Shown here: positions 29,501 through 38,475 of the stretch, piece after piece | Position numbering within the stretch: the stretch's first letter is position 1 | Layout: each line of letters starts with the position of its first letter | IMG/VR virus record: IMGVR_UViG_3300032092_000005 | Span: 64,001 to 128,000 of that record | Direction: 5' to 3' (one strand) | Length of the DNA stretch: 64,000 nt | From: a virus | Position numbers and translations under genes: made by a program | The notes under the pieces: model-generated | The model's database searches: none | The model's input: the letters and a program-made list of their open reading frames with translations, nothing else | Told to the model about the DNA's origin: nothing

Positions 29501-29623
29501 ACTACACCTAATGGTATAACATACAGTGGATTTAAATCTTTTGCAGTAAAAATAGTATTTTTGTCTAGCAATATTTGCAATATTCCTAAAGTTAAAACTG
29601 TTAGGGCAGTCGCTTTAGTATAA
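23531..29623 (+). CDS. Large baseplate-associated structural protein (VrlC / DUF4815-like)
   Basis: N.SPYYDD....F.RVL.RPG...QARELTQ.Q, N.QAPGADR, A.RTYEESGDY, RRYTMRD.G..E.R, SRYIT..V.L, F..FA.KIV. Confidence 0.85.
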   Translation: MSTPGNINLNVSPYYDDYNEDSDFVRVLYRPGRAIQARELTQAQTYQQKQFERFANFIFDEGAIVDGCEISPNLKLDYVKLQSTYSGNTVVVNNFVGQQIIGANTGVIARVNLATDLEGDDPKTLFISYTSGGGALLSCNTNDQMVVGNEIKFSFPIDTTNTATITSVWDDPYTGQPYFVITGSGDFPTTVPNTITGTSTDVNGSPFTVLLNTGFDKRTSSKFEDSEILICTTTTGTFYANTATLDATQHVVDPDSETEVTFTKGSALTIGAGIVYIAGHFVNRDSQTIVLDKYTNTPSYKVGLVPNVEFVDSIDDFSLVDNAQGSPNFQAPGADRLKITTTLKKYDLNDDVVLDSFVSYVEIDEGTIRKRKTIEIGGQIEDAIAQRTYEESGDYTLNDPIIAAREHLINGDNRGRYTLGQGGDNELLIINVDPITAYVSGYRYETVGKAEVNIRKGTDTQYNEQVKTQLAFGGGINVKEVVGAWDINQGTKVDIYNTFQTAISNTTFASTTVAGTKIGTARIKSLEFVSGTPGISTAVYNFYLYDIAMLASADFSTARSFYLPGSPAKFADIVLDDLGRAVLSDATFDKLIFKLPYSATKTLRDTNNNIESGFYFKSEKSFTFTSGSATLNSTDASETFEGTGALTVSQKNNNYYLVPTTTSNTAALTGTVAIAASSNVVVGTGTTFSSQFNVGDVIRVNSLDRIVGAISNATHMTLTTTHTGATANTYSKSFPAGKPISLSGFGTYGSGVRSATVGTGGASITIDIAENIAPDAKLIASMARSNAREKSKLLSYGNEVYIQANTHPIGITGPWSLGKGDVITVRAIYQANNFASVPTTANTNVTAYYTLNNGQTDNTYEHATLSPINGTIPTGRLLVVFDSYNHNTTQGTGYFSIDSYPINDSIDSNTTITTSEVPVYISKKTGDTYNLRDCLDFRPIKTANTTAINPIDPETYQIPTTGSVGLHIPTPDSDFDADLIYYKGRKSRLYLDQDGEFKINDGPALDQDSTSPAAIPGTLQLAELTIPPYPSLISGVGITPFKNRRYTMRDVGSIEQRVFDLEAYNLMNSAEKQVVNTVIVDSVTGVDKLKNGLLVDVFTGHNTADVNSPLYKASIDRHNNCVTAYSNNEMQIALAYNTAGSSGVTKTSGKKLMLAYTQIVSTANQYFVTSNTIISDIPSNFVGDLSLFPSTDNWLNTTRVPGKDLANDPTGQLDNWKIRADAWNTEINPAVRYFIGDNPTVRSLESTGVVSSSVSSSTVSALNSAILTQQQTNPATGRVLDTSVQHTMRSRDIIVSANGLKNSTRLYFYFDGMDVTANTTPISISGTISDIYETFDANGFLPQTSALFTRQIAGETGITSANGKFTGIFRVPADKFNVGAREFKISDKSTYGDTSESSYARCVFYAQGSSITSTSSILDTRPTNRLSNKSLVSSLEKDVESGTATRIIDPLIQTFTVDPSTYTKGMMVTSVDLFFAAKPTTSSTDGVTLDIREYDYVSKAPSRNIIGNQIARLENSSINVNTNPTSSTPSTFTFSNPIYLQPGKTYCIAIKPDGNNPAYKLWIAEANQRDLSSSTITNRYVTLTSQTELWTPSSGGKWTKSTTKDLKFAVKIARFFDPKLVTSKRGVAVLNNMPISNTISGITYTGIYPNVEDLSLSATEIAYEIAQANASSSSVSTFTQIKNLELIKNSVLYQISNTATEFTGGFKSLKIRASLRTDDAYVSPYIDLQRINCALTKNEINDSLYATVTGTAELSSSSNVVIGYGTTFSTELAGVKYIKTSTNEYRQIISISNNSYLTVANNFNTTSNGVSIYYNTEDNPVGPHTALSRYITRVVTLNDGFDSSDLIVYLDVNRQKTTDIKVYYKILNSADQDAFNDKFWTEMSLEGLKTFATSPNDYSLQKYVVPQFGKKIVLLTGTANTNTTTAAIVGTGTLFTEQLKANDTIALGLSKTQGIVSSISNNTYMTLQSVPAANTTGQDIYRSMENTITYTTPNGITYSGFKSFAVKIVFLSSNICNIPKVKTVRAVALV

Positions 29624-29629
29624 AAGCAT

Positions 29630-29637
29630 CATAAATA
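29630..29637 (+). promoter_or_regulatory. Late promoter variant (CATAAATA)
   Basis: In the short gap after the VrlC-like gene; too close to the 29639 ATG to serve it, so more likely serves the fibre gene. Confidence 0.45.
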
Positions 29638-29638
29638 T

Positions 29639-29881
29639 ATGAACACAATTCAACTCACAGAAAAAGTAGCAGGCTTTAGTGAACGTGATTTACATTCTAA
29701 AGCACTACTAAATACTGATACAGATGCACTTATGAGATATAAGCTACAGAGACAAAGAGCACTTCGTGATACACAGAGTAGTGAGGACATAGTTTCTATG
29801 AAACAAGAACTATCGTGTCTAAAAAATGATTTAAATTGTATAAAAGAAATGCTTTTAAAAATAACAAAAGAAGGTAAGTAA
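29639..29881 (+). CDS. Small coiled-coil protein following the VrlC-like gene
   Basis: RD..SKALLNTD..AL..YK then a heptad coiled coil (LKNDL..IKEML). Confidence 0.7.
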   Translation: MNTIQLTEKVAGFSERDLHSKALLNTDTDALMRYKLQRQRALRDTQSSEDIVSMKQELSCLKNDLNCIKEMLLKITKEGK

Positions 29882-32800
29882 ATGCCAATCCTAACCGTTG
29901 ATCAATCAAACACCTTTAACCAGTTTAGAGTAACTACTAACCAGGTTATTGCTAATGTCAATTCACAGTATGATGGAACTGCGAATCTCATTTTAAATAG
30001 CGCAAATAGCACGACTATAAATGTCGCTTCATTGACGGTTTATGGTGACGCAGCCATTCAAGGCGGCGACATTACTACAAACAATTTAACATTTACTGTA
30101 GCGAATGCAACCGCAACAACACTACAACTAGGTGGTGCTGCTAACGTATTGATCGGTTCTACTACAGGCAATACTAATATCCGTTCTGCAAATACAGTAC
30201 TCTCTGGTGATCTAGTTGTTCAAGGTGGAGATATTAACACCAATCAAACAACATTTAATGTAGCAAACACTACAGCGACAACTTTAGAACTTGGTGGTGC
30301 TGCTAACGTCAACATCGGCTCTACAGCAGGCAATACTAATATCCGTTCTGCAAATACTGTATTAGTCGGAGATTTGATTGTTCAAGGTGGCGACATTAAC
30401 ACCAATCAAGCATCATTCACTGTAGCAAATACTACAGCGACAACCGTGAACGTCGGCGGTGCTGCAACTTCTGTATTGATTGGTGCAACAACAGGTAACA
30501 CCATAATTCGTTCAGCAAATACAGTATTAGTTGGTGACTTGATTGTTCAAGGTGGCGACATTAACACTGATCAAGCTTCATTTACTGTAGCAAATACTAC
30601 AGCAACAACACTGAGCGTTGGTGGCGCAGCAACTTCATTACTATTAGGCGCGACAACTGGTACTGCAACAATTAGAAATGCGACTACAGTTATCACTGGA
30701 GACTTGACAGTATCTGGTGGAGATATTGTAGGTACAGCATCATTAAATCTTGCTAATGTAACAACAACAAATTTAGAATTAGGTGGTGCTGCTAATGTAA
30801 ACATCGGTTCAGCCACTGGCAATACAACAATTCGCAGTGCAAATACAGTATTGTCTGGTGATCTATTTGTTAACGGTGGTGATGTTAATACTAATCAAAC
30901 AACATTCACATTAGCAAATACAACATCAACAACATTGGAATTGGGTGGTGCCGCTAATGTAAACATCGGTTCAGCCACTGGCAATACAACAATTCGCAGT
31001 GCAAATACAGTATTGTCTGGTGATCTATTTGTTAACGGTGGTGATGTTAATACCAATCAAACATCATTTAACGTAGCAAATGCAACAGCAACGACACTCA
31101 GCGTTGGTGGTGCTGCTACAGATTTAATGTTAGGTGCTACTACAGGCACAGCAACAATTCGCAATGCAACTACAGTAATTACTGGAGACTTGACGGTATC
31201 TGGTGGAGACATTGTAGGTACTGCATCATTAAATCTTGCTAACGTAACAACAACGACACTACAAATTGGCGGTGCAGCTAATGTAACTATTGGTTCCGCT
31301 ACAGGCAATACTAATGTCCGTTCTGCGAACACAGTATTAACGGGCGACTTGTTTGTTCAAGGTGGTGATATTGTTACAACGACTGCAACAGCAAACTTAG
31401 CAAACTCTACGACTACGACATTGAACATCGGTGGTGCAGCAACTTCAATTACGATAGGTGCTGCAAATAGTGGAACATTCACTATTAATAACAATAAAGC
31501 CGTTATTAACAGCACAGGAGCATTACGTGTTCCTGTTGGTAATACTGCACAACGTTTAACAGCATCACAAGGTGAAGTTAGATACAACACAGACGTAACT
31601 GCATATGAAGGTTATGACGGCTCAAACTGGTCAAGTCTTGGTGGTGTAAAATCTGTAGACGGCTTGACATTTATTATTGCAGAAACATCTCCAGGCGCTT
31701 CTGACGATACTCTCCACTTCTATACTGCAAACGGCGCAACAAGCTATGAAGTAGCGCAGATGAATGCAACTAAGCTTGCAATTCTTCAGAGTACCGAAGC
31801 TTCAAACACAACAACTGGCGCATTAACTGTAGCTGGTGGTGTGGGTATTGCAGGTAATCTGTATGTAGGTGGAACTCAAACATTTACTGGTAGCACGACC
31901 CTTACTGGAGACTTAGCAGTTAATGGCGGTGATATTACAACAACTTCAAGCGCATTTACTCTTGCTAATACTAATGCATTAACTCTAGAGCTTGGCGGCG
32001 CAGCTAATGTAAACATTGGCTCTTCAGCAGCTAATACTACAACAACAATTCGTTCTGCAAATACAGTTATAAGTGGTAATACGACTATAACTGGCAACTT
32101 GACAGTAAACGGCAACACTACAACCATCAACTCAACAACATTGAGTATTGATGATAAGAATATTATTCTTGCAGACGGCGCTACAGACAACGCATCAGCA
32201 AACGGAGCTGGTATCACTATTGCGGGATCAAATGCTAACGTAGTTTATCTATCTGCTTCTGATTCGTTTGATATCAATAAGAGTATTATTACTTCAGGCG
32301 ACTTAGCAGTTAATGGCGGTAATATTACAACATCATCATCAACATTTAACGTAGCTAATGCAACAGCGACAACACTTAGCGTTGGCGGTGCAGCAACTTC
32401 AGTTCTGATTGGTGCAACAACTGGAACCGCCACAATTCGTAATGCATCTACAGTTCTTGTTGGAGACTTAGCAGTTAACGGCGGTGATATTACAACATCA
32501 TCATCAACATTTAACGTAGCTAATGCAACAGCGACAACATTACAAATTGGTGGTGCAGCTAATGTAACAATTGGTTCTGCTGCTGGCAATACAAATATTC
32601 GTTCTGGAAACACTGTATTGTCTGGTGATTTAGTTGTTCAAGGTGGTGACATTAACACCGATCAAGCATCATTTAATGTAGCAAACACTACAGCAACATC
32701 GTTAAGTCTTGGTGGTGCTGCTACGACATTGATAATTGGCGCAACAACTGGAACTGCTACAATTAGAAATGCATCTACAGTAATTACAGGAGACTTAACT

Positions 32801-35800
32801 GTTTCTGGTGGTGACATTGTAGGAACAGCATCATTAAATCTTGCTAATGTAACAACAACAAATTTAGAACTTGGTGGTGCAGCTAACGTAAACATTGGCT
32901 CTACTGCTGGTAACACTGTAATCCGTTCTGCAAATACAGTATTGACTGGTGATCTATTTGTTAACGGTGGAGATATTCTATCGACACAATCAACTCTTAA
33001 TATTGCAAATACTACTTCTACGACACTTAGCGTTGGTGGTGCTGCTACATCATTACTATTAGGTGCAACAACAGGCACAGCTACAATTCGAAATGCGACT
33101 ACAGTTATCGATGGCGATTTAACAGTCTCTGGTGGAGATATTGTAGGTACTGCAACACTGAACCTTGCTAATACAACTACTACAACATTAAACTTAGGCG
33201 GTGCTGCAACTTCAGTCTTGATTGGCGCAACAACTGGTAACACTACAATCCGTTCTGCAAACACTATATTATCTGGCAATACAATTGTTGGAGGTTCAAT
33301 TAGCAGTACAAATACTACAGCACTTAGCATAAGATCACTTGCTGGCACTACAGCAGCGCCAATTAACATTACTGCTGGTACTTCATCAGGAAGTGGTAAT
33401 CCTGGTGGAACAGTCAATATTGTCGCAGGTGGTAGCACAAGTGGTGCGTCAGGGCAAGTTAATATTACTAGCGGCGCTGGTTCTGGATCCAGCAGCGGTG
33501 GCGCCATAAGTATAACTGTCGGTTCTGCTTTAGGCACAGGTGGTGGTGCTGCCGTGAATATCGTCGCAGGATATTCACAACTTGCCGGCGCCGGTGAAGT
33601 TTATATTACTGGCGGTGGTAGCGGTGGTACCAATGGCGGTGACGTTAATATTACTGGCGGGCAAGGCGCCAGCACACAAGGCCGTGTGGTAATTAGAGGC
33701 GGCGATGGTGATACAAATCTAGGCGGTGATGTTTATATTGCCGGCGGATACGGCGATCCTGGCGGGAAAATATACCTACAAAGGGGCAATGACACTAAGG
33801 TAACTATTGGAAGCGCAAGTGATGAAGCAACTAGTAACACAACTGGTGCGTTAGTAGTCACTGGCGGAGTTGGCATTAGCGGCAACACACATATTGGTGG
33901 CAACTTAGTAGTTAACAGCAATAATATCACCACAACAAATGCTATATTTAACGTAGCAAATACGACAGCAACAACACTACAAATTGGTGGTGCAGCTAAT
34001 GTAAACATTGGTTCTGCTACAGGTAACACAAATATTCGTTCTGCGAACACTGTATTAACTGGCGAATTGTTTGTTAATGGCGGTGACATTGTATCAACTT
34101 CTGCAACGTTTACTTTTGCAAACAATACCACAACAACTTTAGAACTTGGTGGTGCAGCTAACGTAAATATTGGTTCTGCAACTGGTAATACTACAATTAG
34201 AAGTGCTAATGTTATTGTAACTGGTAATACAATTATTGGCACAGATTTAGCAGTTAATGGTGGAGACATTACAACTTCAGCAGCTACATTTACTGTAGCT
34301 AATGCAACTGCAACAACATTAAGTCTTGGCGGTGCTGCAACATCATTACTATTAGGTGCAACAACAGGAACAGCTACAATTAGGAATGCAACTGTCACTC
34401 TAAATGGTGACTTGAACGTTAATGGTGGAGACATTGGCACATCATCGGCTACAGCAACTGTATTCAATACAACTGCAACAACATTAAACGTTGGCGGTGC
34501 TGCCACGACAGTATCAATTGGCGCGGCAACAGGCAATACTACAATTAACTCTGGAAATACAGTAGTTTCAGGTGATCTATTTGTTAATGGTGGTGATATC
34601 AACACTAACCAATCTACATTCAATATTGCAAACACAGGTGTAACTGCACTAAGAATTGGTGGATCGGCAACAGATATTATTATTGGTGGCACTTCAGGCA
34701 ATACAGTTATACGAAATACCTTACAGTTTACTGGCGCTAGTGTAACCAGTCTTGAGGGTGTGTTTACTGCAAACGTAGCAGTTAATGGTGGTGGTGTTAC
34801 TACTACAAATACCATTTTTACTCTTGCAAATACTACGGCAACAACACTTAGCGTCGGTGGTGCAGCGACTTCAGTTTTAATTGGCGCATCAACTGGCACA
34901 GCAACAATTAGAAATGCTACAGTCACTTTAGATGGAGACTTGAACGTTAACGGCGGTGATATTAACACCAATCAAACAACATTTAATGTAGCAAATACAA
35001 CTGCGACTTCAGTTCGCTTAGGTGGTGCAGCTACAGATTTAATGTTAGGCGCAACAACTGGCACAGCAACAATTCGTAATGCGACTACAGTAATCACTGG
35101 AGATTTGACAGTTTCTGGTGGAGATATTGTAGGTACTGCGTCATTGAACTTAGCTAACGTAACAACAACGGCACTTGAACTTGGCGGTGCAGCTACAACA
35201 TTGAATATGGGTGCTGCAACAGGTACAGCAACAATTCGCAATACAACAGTTAACTTGCTAGGAAGTGCATTGACTGCTCCAGCAACATTCGCTTTAGCAA
35301 ACACTACTTCAACAACACTACAAATTGGTGGTGCTGCAACTACATTAAACTTAGGTGCAGCTACGGGTACAGCAACAATTAGAAATGCATCTACTATTCT
35401 TGTTGGAGACTTGGCAGTTAACGGTGGTGACATTACCACAACTTCAACAACATTCACATTAGCAAATACAACTGCAACGACTTTGAATGTTGGCGGCGCA
35501 GCAACTTCAGTATTGATCGGTGCTACTACAGGCAACACTACAATTCGTTCTGCGAATACTATTACAAGCGGTAATGTTATTGCCGGCGGAACAATCACGG
35601 AGACTGCTAATGGTCAACAGTGGGCAGTAGCATCTCAGTACGATATCGGTATTAATCCGAATCAGATTCCTTTGAATCAGTACTTGGGTTCAATGGCATT
35701 CCAAAGTGCTGACGGCATTTCTGTAGGTATTGCAACAGTAACTGACGATCTAGCAGTTAACGGCAGCAACATCACTACAACAAATACGACATTCACTGTA

Positions 35801-38230
35801 GCAAATACAACTGCAACAACAGTAAGTCTTGGTGGTGCTGCTACATCTCTATTGATCGGCGCAACAACAGGTAACACTACAATTCGTTCTGCTAATACCG
35901 TATTGACGGGTGATCTAGTTGTTCAAGGTGGTGATATTAACACTAACCAAACAACATTTACAGTAGCAAATACGACTGCGACTTCAGTTCGCGTAGGTGG
36001 TGCTGCTACAGATTTGATACTTGGAGCTACTACAGGTACAGCCACAATTAGAAATGCAACTACAGTAATTACTGGAGACTTAACTGTTTCTGGTGGTGAC
36101 ATTGTAGGTACAGCATCATTAAATCTTGCGAATACGACAACAACTGCGCTTGAACTTGGTGGCGCTGCAACTACATTGAACATGGGTGCAGCTACAGGTA
36201 ATACAAATATTCGTTCCGCTAACACTGTATTGACTGGTGAACTATTTGTTAACGGCGGTGATATCTTTACTACTGCTGCAACATTCACTGTAGCAAACAC
36301 TACAGCAACAACGCTAGAACTTGGCGGTAGTGCTAACGTAAACATTGGTTCTACAACTGGCAACACAACAATTCGTAGTGCGAACACTGTATTGACTGGT
36401 GATCTATATGTTAACGGTGGTGATATTCTATCGACTCAAGCAACTCTTAATATTGCAAATACTACAGCGACAACACTCAGCGTTGGCGGTGCAGCTACTG
36501 CACTTCTATTAGGTGCAACAACTGGTACAGCTACAATTAGAAATGCATCTACAGTTATCACTGGTGACTTGACAGTCTCTGGTGGTGACATTATAGGAAC
36601 TGCATCGCTAAACTTAGCTAACGTAACCACAACTGCTCTTGAAGTTGGTGGTGCTGCTACGACATTGAATATGGGTGCTGCTACAGGCACTGCGACAATT
36701 AGAAATGCTACAGTAACTTTAGCTGGTAGTGCATTGACTGGTCCTGCAACGTTCTCTGTTGCAAATACAACATCAACAACTTTAGGTATTGGTGGTGCAG
36801 CAACATCGTTACTGATCGGTGCAACTACAGGCACTGCGACAATTAGAAATGCTACAGTAACTTTAGCTGGTAGTGCATTGACTGGTCCTGCAACGTTCTC
36901 TGTTGCAAATACAACATCAACAACTTTAGGTATTGGTGGTGCTGCAACATCATTATTAATTGGTGCTACTACTGGTAACACTACAATTAGAAGTGCAAAC
37001 ACAATTGTAAACGGCAACTTAGGAATAGGGACAGCTTCGCCAAGCACAAAACTTCATGTTGCTGGAACATCAGCAATTGCCCGCATTGACAGGACTGCTG
37101 ACGCTTCTGCGAATCCAGAGTTACAACTTTCTGCTGTGGGTCGTCAGTTTAATGTTGGTGTTGGCGGAGGTAGTTTTGCAACCGCTGCTATACAAGGTTC
37201 TTACTATCTTTATGATGCAACTGCCGCAGATTATCGTTTTGTAATTGATAGCAGCGGTCTTGTAGGTATAGGGACAAGTGATCCTACATCAAAACTTCAT
37301 GTTGTTGGCGGAAGAACTGATTTAACAGCGGGTTCAGAAACCTATGCTTTAGGTGTTCGATATGGCACTGGAACTGGCATTTACTACATCGGAGCAACAA
37401 ACTCATTAACTCCTGATATGGTGTTTAGTCAAACGGGCGGCTCAGAGCGTATGCGCCTTACAGATGCTGGTGACTTAGGCGTTGGCGGCACCACGCCAGA
37501 AAGTAAACCAAAACTTAGTATGTATGGCGGCATTCGTTTTATGGCAAATGAAGCCGCAGCAAATACTTATACAGGAATTGGAAGCATTGCGGCAGACACA
37601 GTAAGTATTAGTACCAGTGGTTCGGAACGACTAAGAGTTAGCACTGGCGGTAACTTGCAGTTGGGGGCTACGACAAATGCTGGAGACGCAAAGTTGCTTG
37701 TGTCAAATGCAGGAGCAGAAGGCATTGAGTTTTACCCGGCGGTAACTTCAAATTCTGCACTAACTCAATATTACAATCGTTCGGGCGCTGCTTATGTAAC
37801 TAACTCACAAAATGCATCAGACCATCGCTGGTCAATTACTGGCACAGAACGTATGCGTATCGACTCCAGCGGTAACGTACTTGTCACCAACCCTGCTGGT
37901 CTTGGCTACGGTACAGGAGCTGGCGGCACTGTTACTCAGGCAACAAGCAAAACAACTGCTGTCACGCTGAACAAGCCTACTGGTCAGATTACGATGAACA
38001 ATGCGGCATTGGCGAGTGGCGCTACTGTTTCATTTACTGTTAACAATTCATTGGTAGCAAGTACGGATACTATTATTTTGGCATCAGTTACAGGCTCTGC
38101 AACTTATACGGCAATTTTACAATCTTTGTCGGCAGGACAATTTGTTGTTAGGGTTACCAATATTTCTGTTGGTTCATTATCTGACGCATTACCAATTAAC
38201 TTCGCAATCATTAAAGGAGCAACATCATGA
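29882..38230 (+). CDS. Giant repeat-built tail fibre (2782 aa)
   Basis: N-terminal TF.QFRV.TN; many ~50-54 aa GDL.V.GGDI..ANTT.T.L..GGAA..IG..TG...IR repeats; C-terminal GIGT.SP / ERMRI repeats and GLGYGTGAGGTVTQ.TSK tip domain. Confidence 0.85.
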   Translation: MPILTVDQSNTFNQFRVTTNQVIANVNSQYDGTANLILNSANSTTINVASLTVYGDAAIQGGDITTNNLTFTVANATATTLQLGGAANVLIGSTTGNTNIRSANTVLSGDLVVQGGDINTNQTTFNVANTTATTLELGGAANVNIGSTAGNTNIRSANTVLVGDLIVQGGDINTNQASFTVANTTATTVNVGGAATSVLIGATTGNTIIRSANTVLVGDLIVQGGDINTDQASFTVANTTATTLSVGGAATSLLLGATTGTATIRNATTVITGDLTVSGGDIVGTASLNLANVTTTNLELGGAANVNIGSATGNTTIRSANTVLSGDLFVNGGDVNTNQTTFTLANTTSTTLELGGAANVNIGSATGNTTIRSANTVLSGDLFVNGGDVNTNQTSFNVANATATTLSVGGAATDLMLGATTGTATIRNATTVITGDLTVSGGDIVGTASLNLANVTTTTLQIGGAANVTIGSATGNTNVRSANTVLTGDLFVQGGDIVTTTATANLANSTTTTLNIGGAATSITIGAANSGTFTINNNKAVINSTGALRVPVGNTAQRLTASQGEVRYNTDVTAYEGYDGSNWSSLGGVKSVDGLTFIIAETSPGASDDTLHFYTANGATSYEVAQMNATKLAILQSTEASNTTTGALTVAGGVGIAGNLYVGGTQTFTGSTTLTGDLAVNGGDITTTSSAFTLANTNALTLELGGAANVNIGSSAANTTTTIRSANTVISGNTTITGNLTVNGNTTTINSTTLSIDDKNIILADGATDNASANGAGITIAGSNANVVYLSASDSFDINKSIITSGDLAVNGGNITTSSSTFNVANATATTLSVGGAATSVLIGATTGTATIRNASTVLVGDLAVNGGDITTSSSTFNVANATATTLQIGGAANVTIGSAAGNTNIRSGNTVLSGDLVVQGGDINTDQASFNVANTTATSLSLGGAATTLIIGATTGTATIRNASTVITGDLTVSGGDIVGTASLNLANVTTTNLELGGAANVNIGSTAGNTVIRSANTVLTGDLFVNGGDILSTQSTLNIANTTSTTLSVGGAATSLLLGATTGTATIRNATTVIDGDLTVSGGDIVGTATLNLANTTTTTLNLGGAATSVLIGATTGNTTIRSANTILSGNTIVGGSISSTNTTALSIRSLAGTTAAPINITAGTSSGSGNPGGTVNIVAGGSTSGASGQVNITSGAGSGSSSGGAISITVGSALGTGGGAAVNIVAGYSQLAGAGEVYITGGGSGGTNGGDVNITGGQGASTQGRVVIRGGDGDTNLGGDVYIAGGYGDPGGKIYLQRGNDTKVTIGSASDEATSNTTGALVVTGGVGISGNTHIGGNLVVNSNNITTTNAIFNVANTTATTLQIGGAANVNIGSATGNTNIRSANTVLTGELFVNGGDIVSTSATFTFANNTTTTLELGGAANVNIGSATGNTTIRSANVIVTGNTIIGTDLAVNGGDITTSAATFTVANATATTLSLGGAATSLLLGATTGTATIRNATVTLNGDLNVNGGDIGTSSATATVFNTTATTLNVGGAATTVSIGAATGNTTINSGNTVVSGDLFVNGGDINTNQSTFNIANTGVTALRIGGSATDIIIGGTSGNTVIRNTLQFTGASVTSLEGVFTANVAVNGGGVTTTNTIFTLANTTATTLSVGGAATSVLIGASTGTATIRNATVTLDGDLNVNGGDINTNQTTFNVANTTATSVRLGGAATDLMLGATTGTATIRNATTVITGDLTVSGGDIVGTASLNLANVTTTALELGGAATTLNMGAATGTATIRNTTVNLLGSALTAPATFALANTTSTTLQIGGAATTLNLGAATGTATIRNASTILVGDLAVNGGDITTTSTTFTLANTTATTLNVGGAATSVLIGATTGNTTIRSANTITSGNVIAGGTITETANGQQWAVASQYDIGINPNQIPLNQYLGSMAFQSADGISVGIATVTDDLAVNGSNITTTNTTFTVANTTATTVSLGGAATSLLIGATTGNTTIRSANTVLTGDLVVQGGDINTNQTTFTVANTTATSVRVGGAATDLILGATTGTATIRNATTVITGDLTVSGGDIVGTASLNLANTTTTALELGGAATTLNMGAATGNTNIRSANTVLTGELFVNGGDIFTTAATFTVANTTATTLELGGSANVNIGSTTGNTTIRSANTVLTGDLYVNGGDILSTQATLNIANTTATTLSVGGAATALLLGATTGTATIRNASTVITGDLTVSGGDIIGTASLNLANVTTTALEVGGAATTLNMGAATGTATIRNATVTLAGSALTGPATFSVANTTSTTLGIGGAATSLLIGATTGTATIRNATVTLAGSALTGPATFSVANTTSTTLGIGGAATSLLIGATTGNTTIRSANTIVNGNLGIGTASPSTKLHVAGTSAIARIDRTADASANPELQLSAVGRQFNVGVGGGSFATAAIQGSYYLYDATAADYRFVIDSSGLVGIGTSDPTSKLHVVGGRTDLTAGSETYALGVRYGTGTGIYYIGATNSLTPDMVFSQTGGSERMRLTDAGDLGVGGTTPESKPKLSMYGGIRFMANEAAANTYTGIGSIAADTVSISTSGSERLRVSTGGNLQLGATTNAGDAKLLVSNAGAEGIEFYPAVTSNSALTQYYNRSGAAYVTNSQNASDHRWSITGTERMRIDSSGNVLVTNPAGLGYGTGAGGTVTQATSKTTAVTLNKPTGQITMNNAALASGATVSFTVNNSLVASTDTIILASVTGSATYTAILQSLSAGQFVVRVTNISVGSLSDALPINFAIIKGATS
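30779..31053. repeat. Near-identical 162-bp-period duplication in the fibre gene
   Basis: gctaatgtaaacatcggttcagccactggc...gatgttaatac at 30791 and 30953. Confidence 0.9.
36681..36943. repeat. Near-identical 144-bp-period duplication in the fibre gene
   Basis: ctacaggcactgcgacaattagaaatgc...ggtattggtggtgc at 36681 and 36825. Confidence 0.9.
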
Positions 38231-38412
38231 TTTATTTAGCAGCAGTTTGTCACAACATCAAATCAAACACACTTGAAGCCACATGGCTTGAAGAAACAGA
38301 AACTGAACTCAAGCGCACCAAGTGCCGCAACTACAGCATTGAGCAAAAAGATGAGTTTCTTGCTGACTGTGGTGACGAAGGTCAGAAGTATGTTGATATG
38401 GCAGGTTGGTAA
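38227..38412 (+). CDS. Small protein, possible fibre-tip chaperone
   Basis: 61 aa; ATGA overlap with the fibre stop; ends in ...AGW. Confidence 0.6.
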   Translation: MIYLAAVCHNIKSNTLEATWLEETETELKRTKCRNYSIEQKDEFLADCGDEGQKYVDMAGW

Positions 38413-38475
38413 AAATGCTTGAAGCTGCGAACTAAGAGAAAAGTAATTGAAGTCGCAAAAGAAACTTAACATTAT

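Noticed and set aside
30571-37047. Long minus-strand ORFs (up to 412 aa) opposite the fibre gene
   Set aside because: V/A/P-rich shadows of Thr/Ala/Gly repeats
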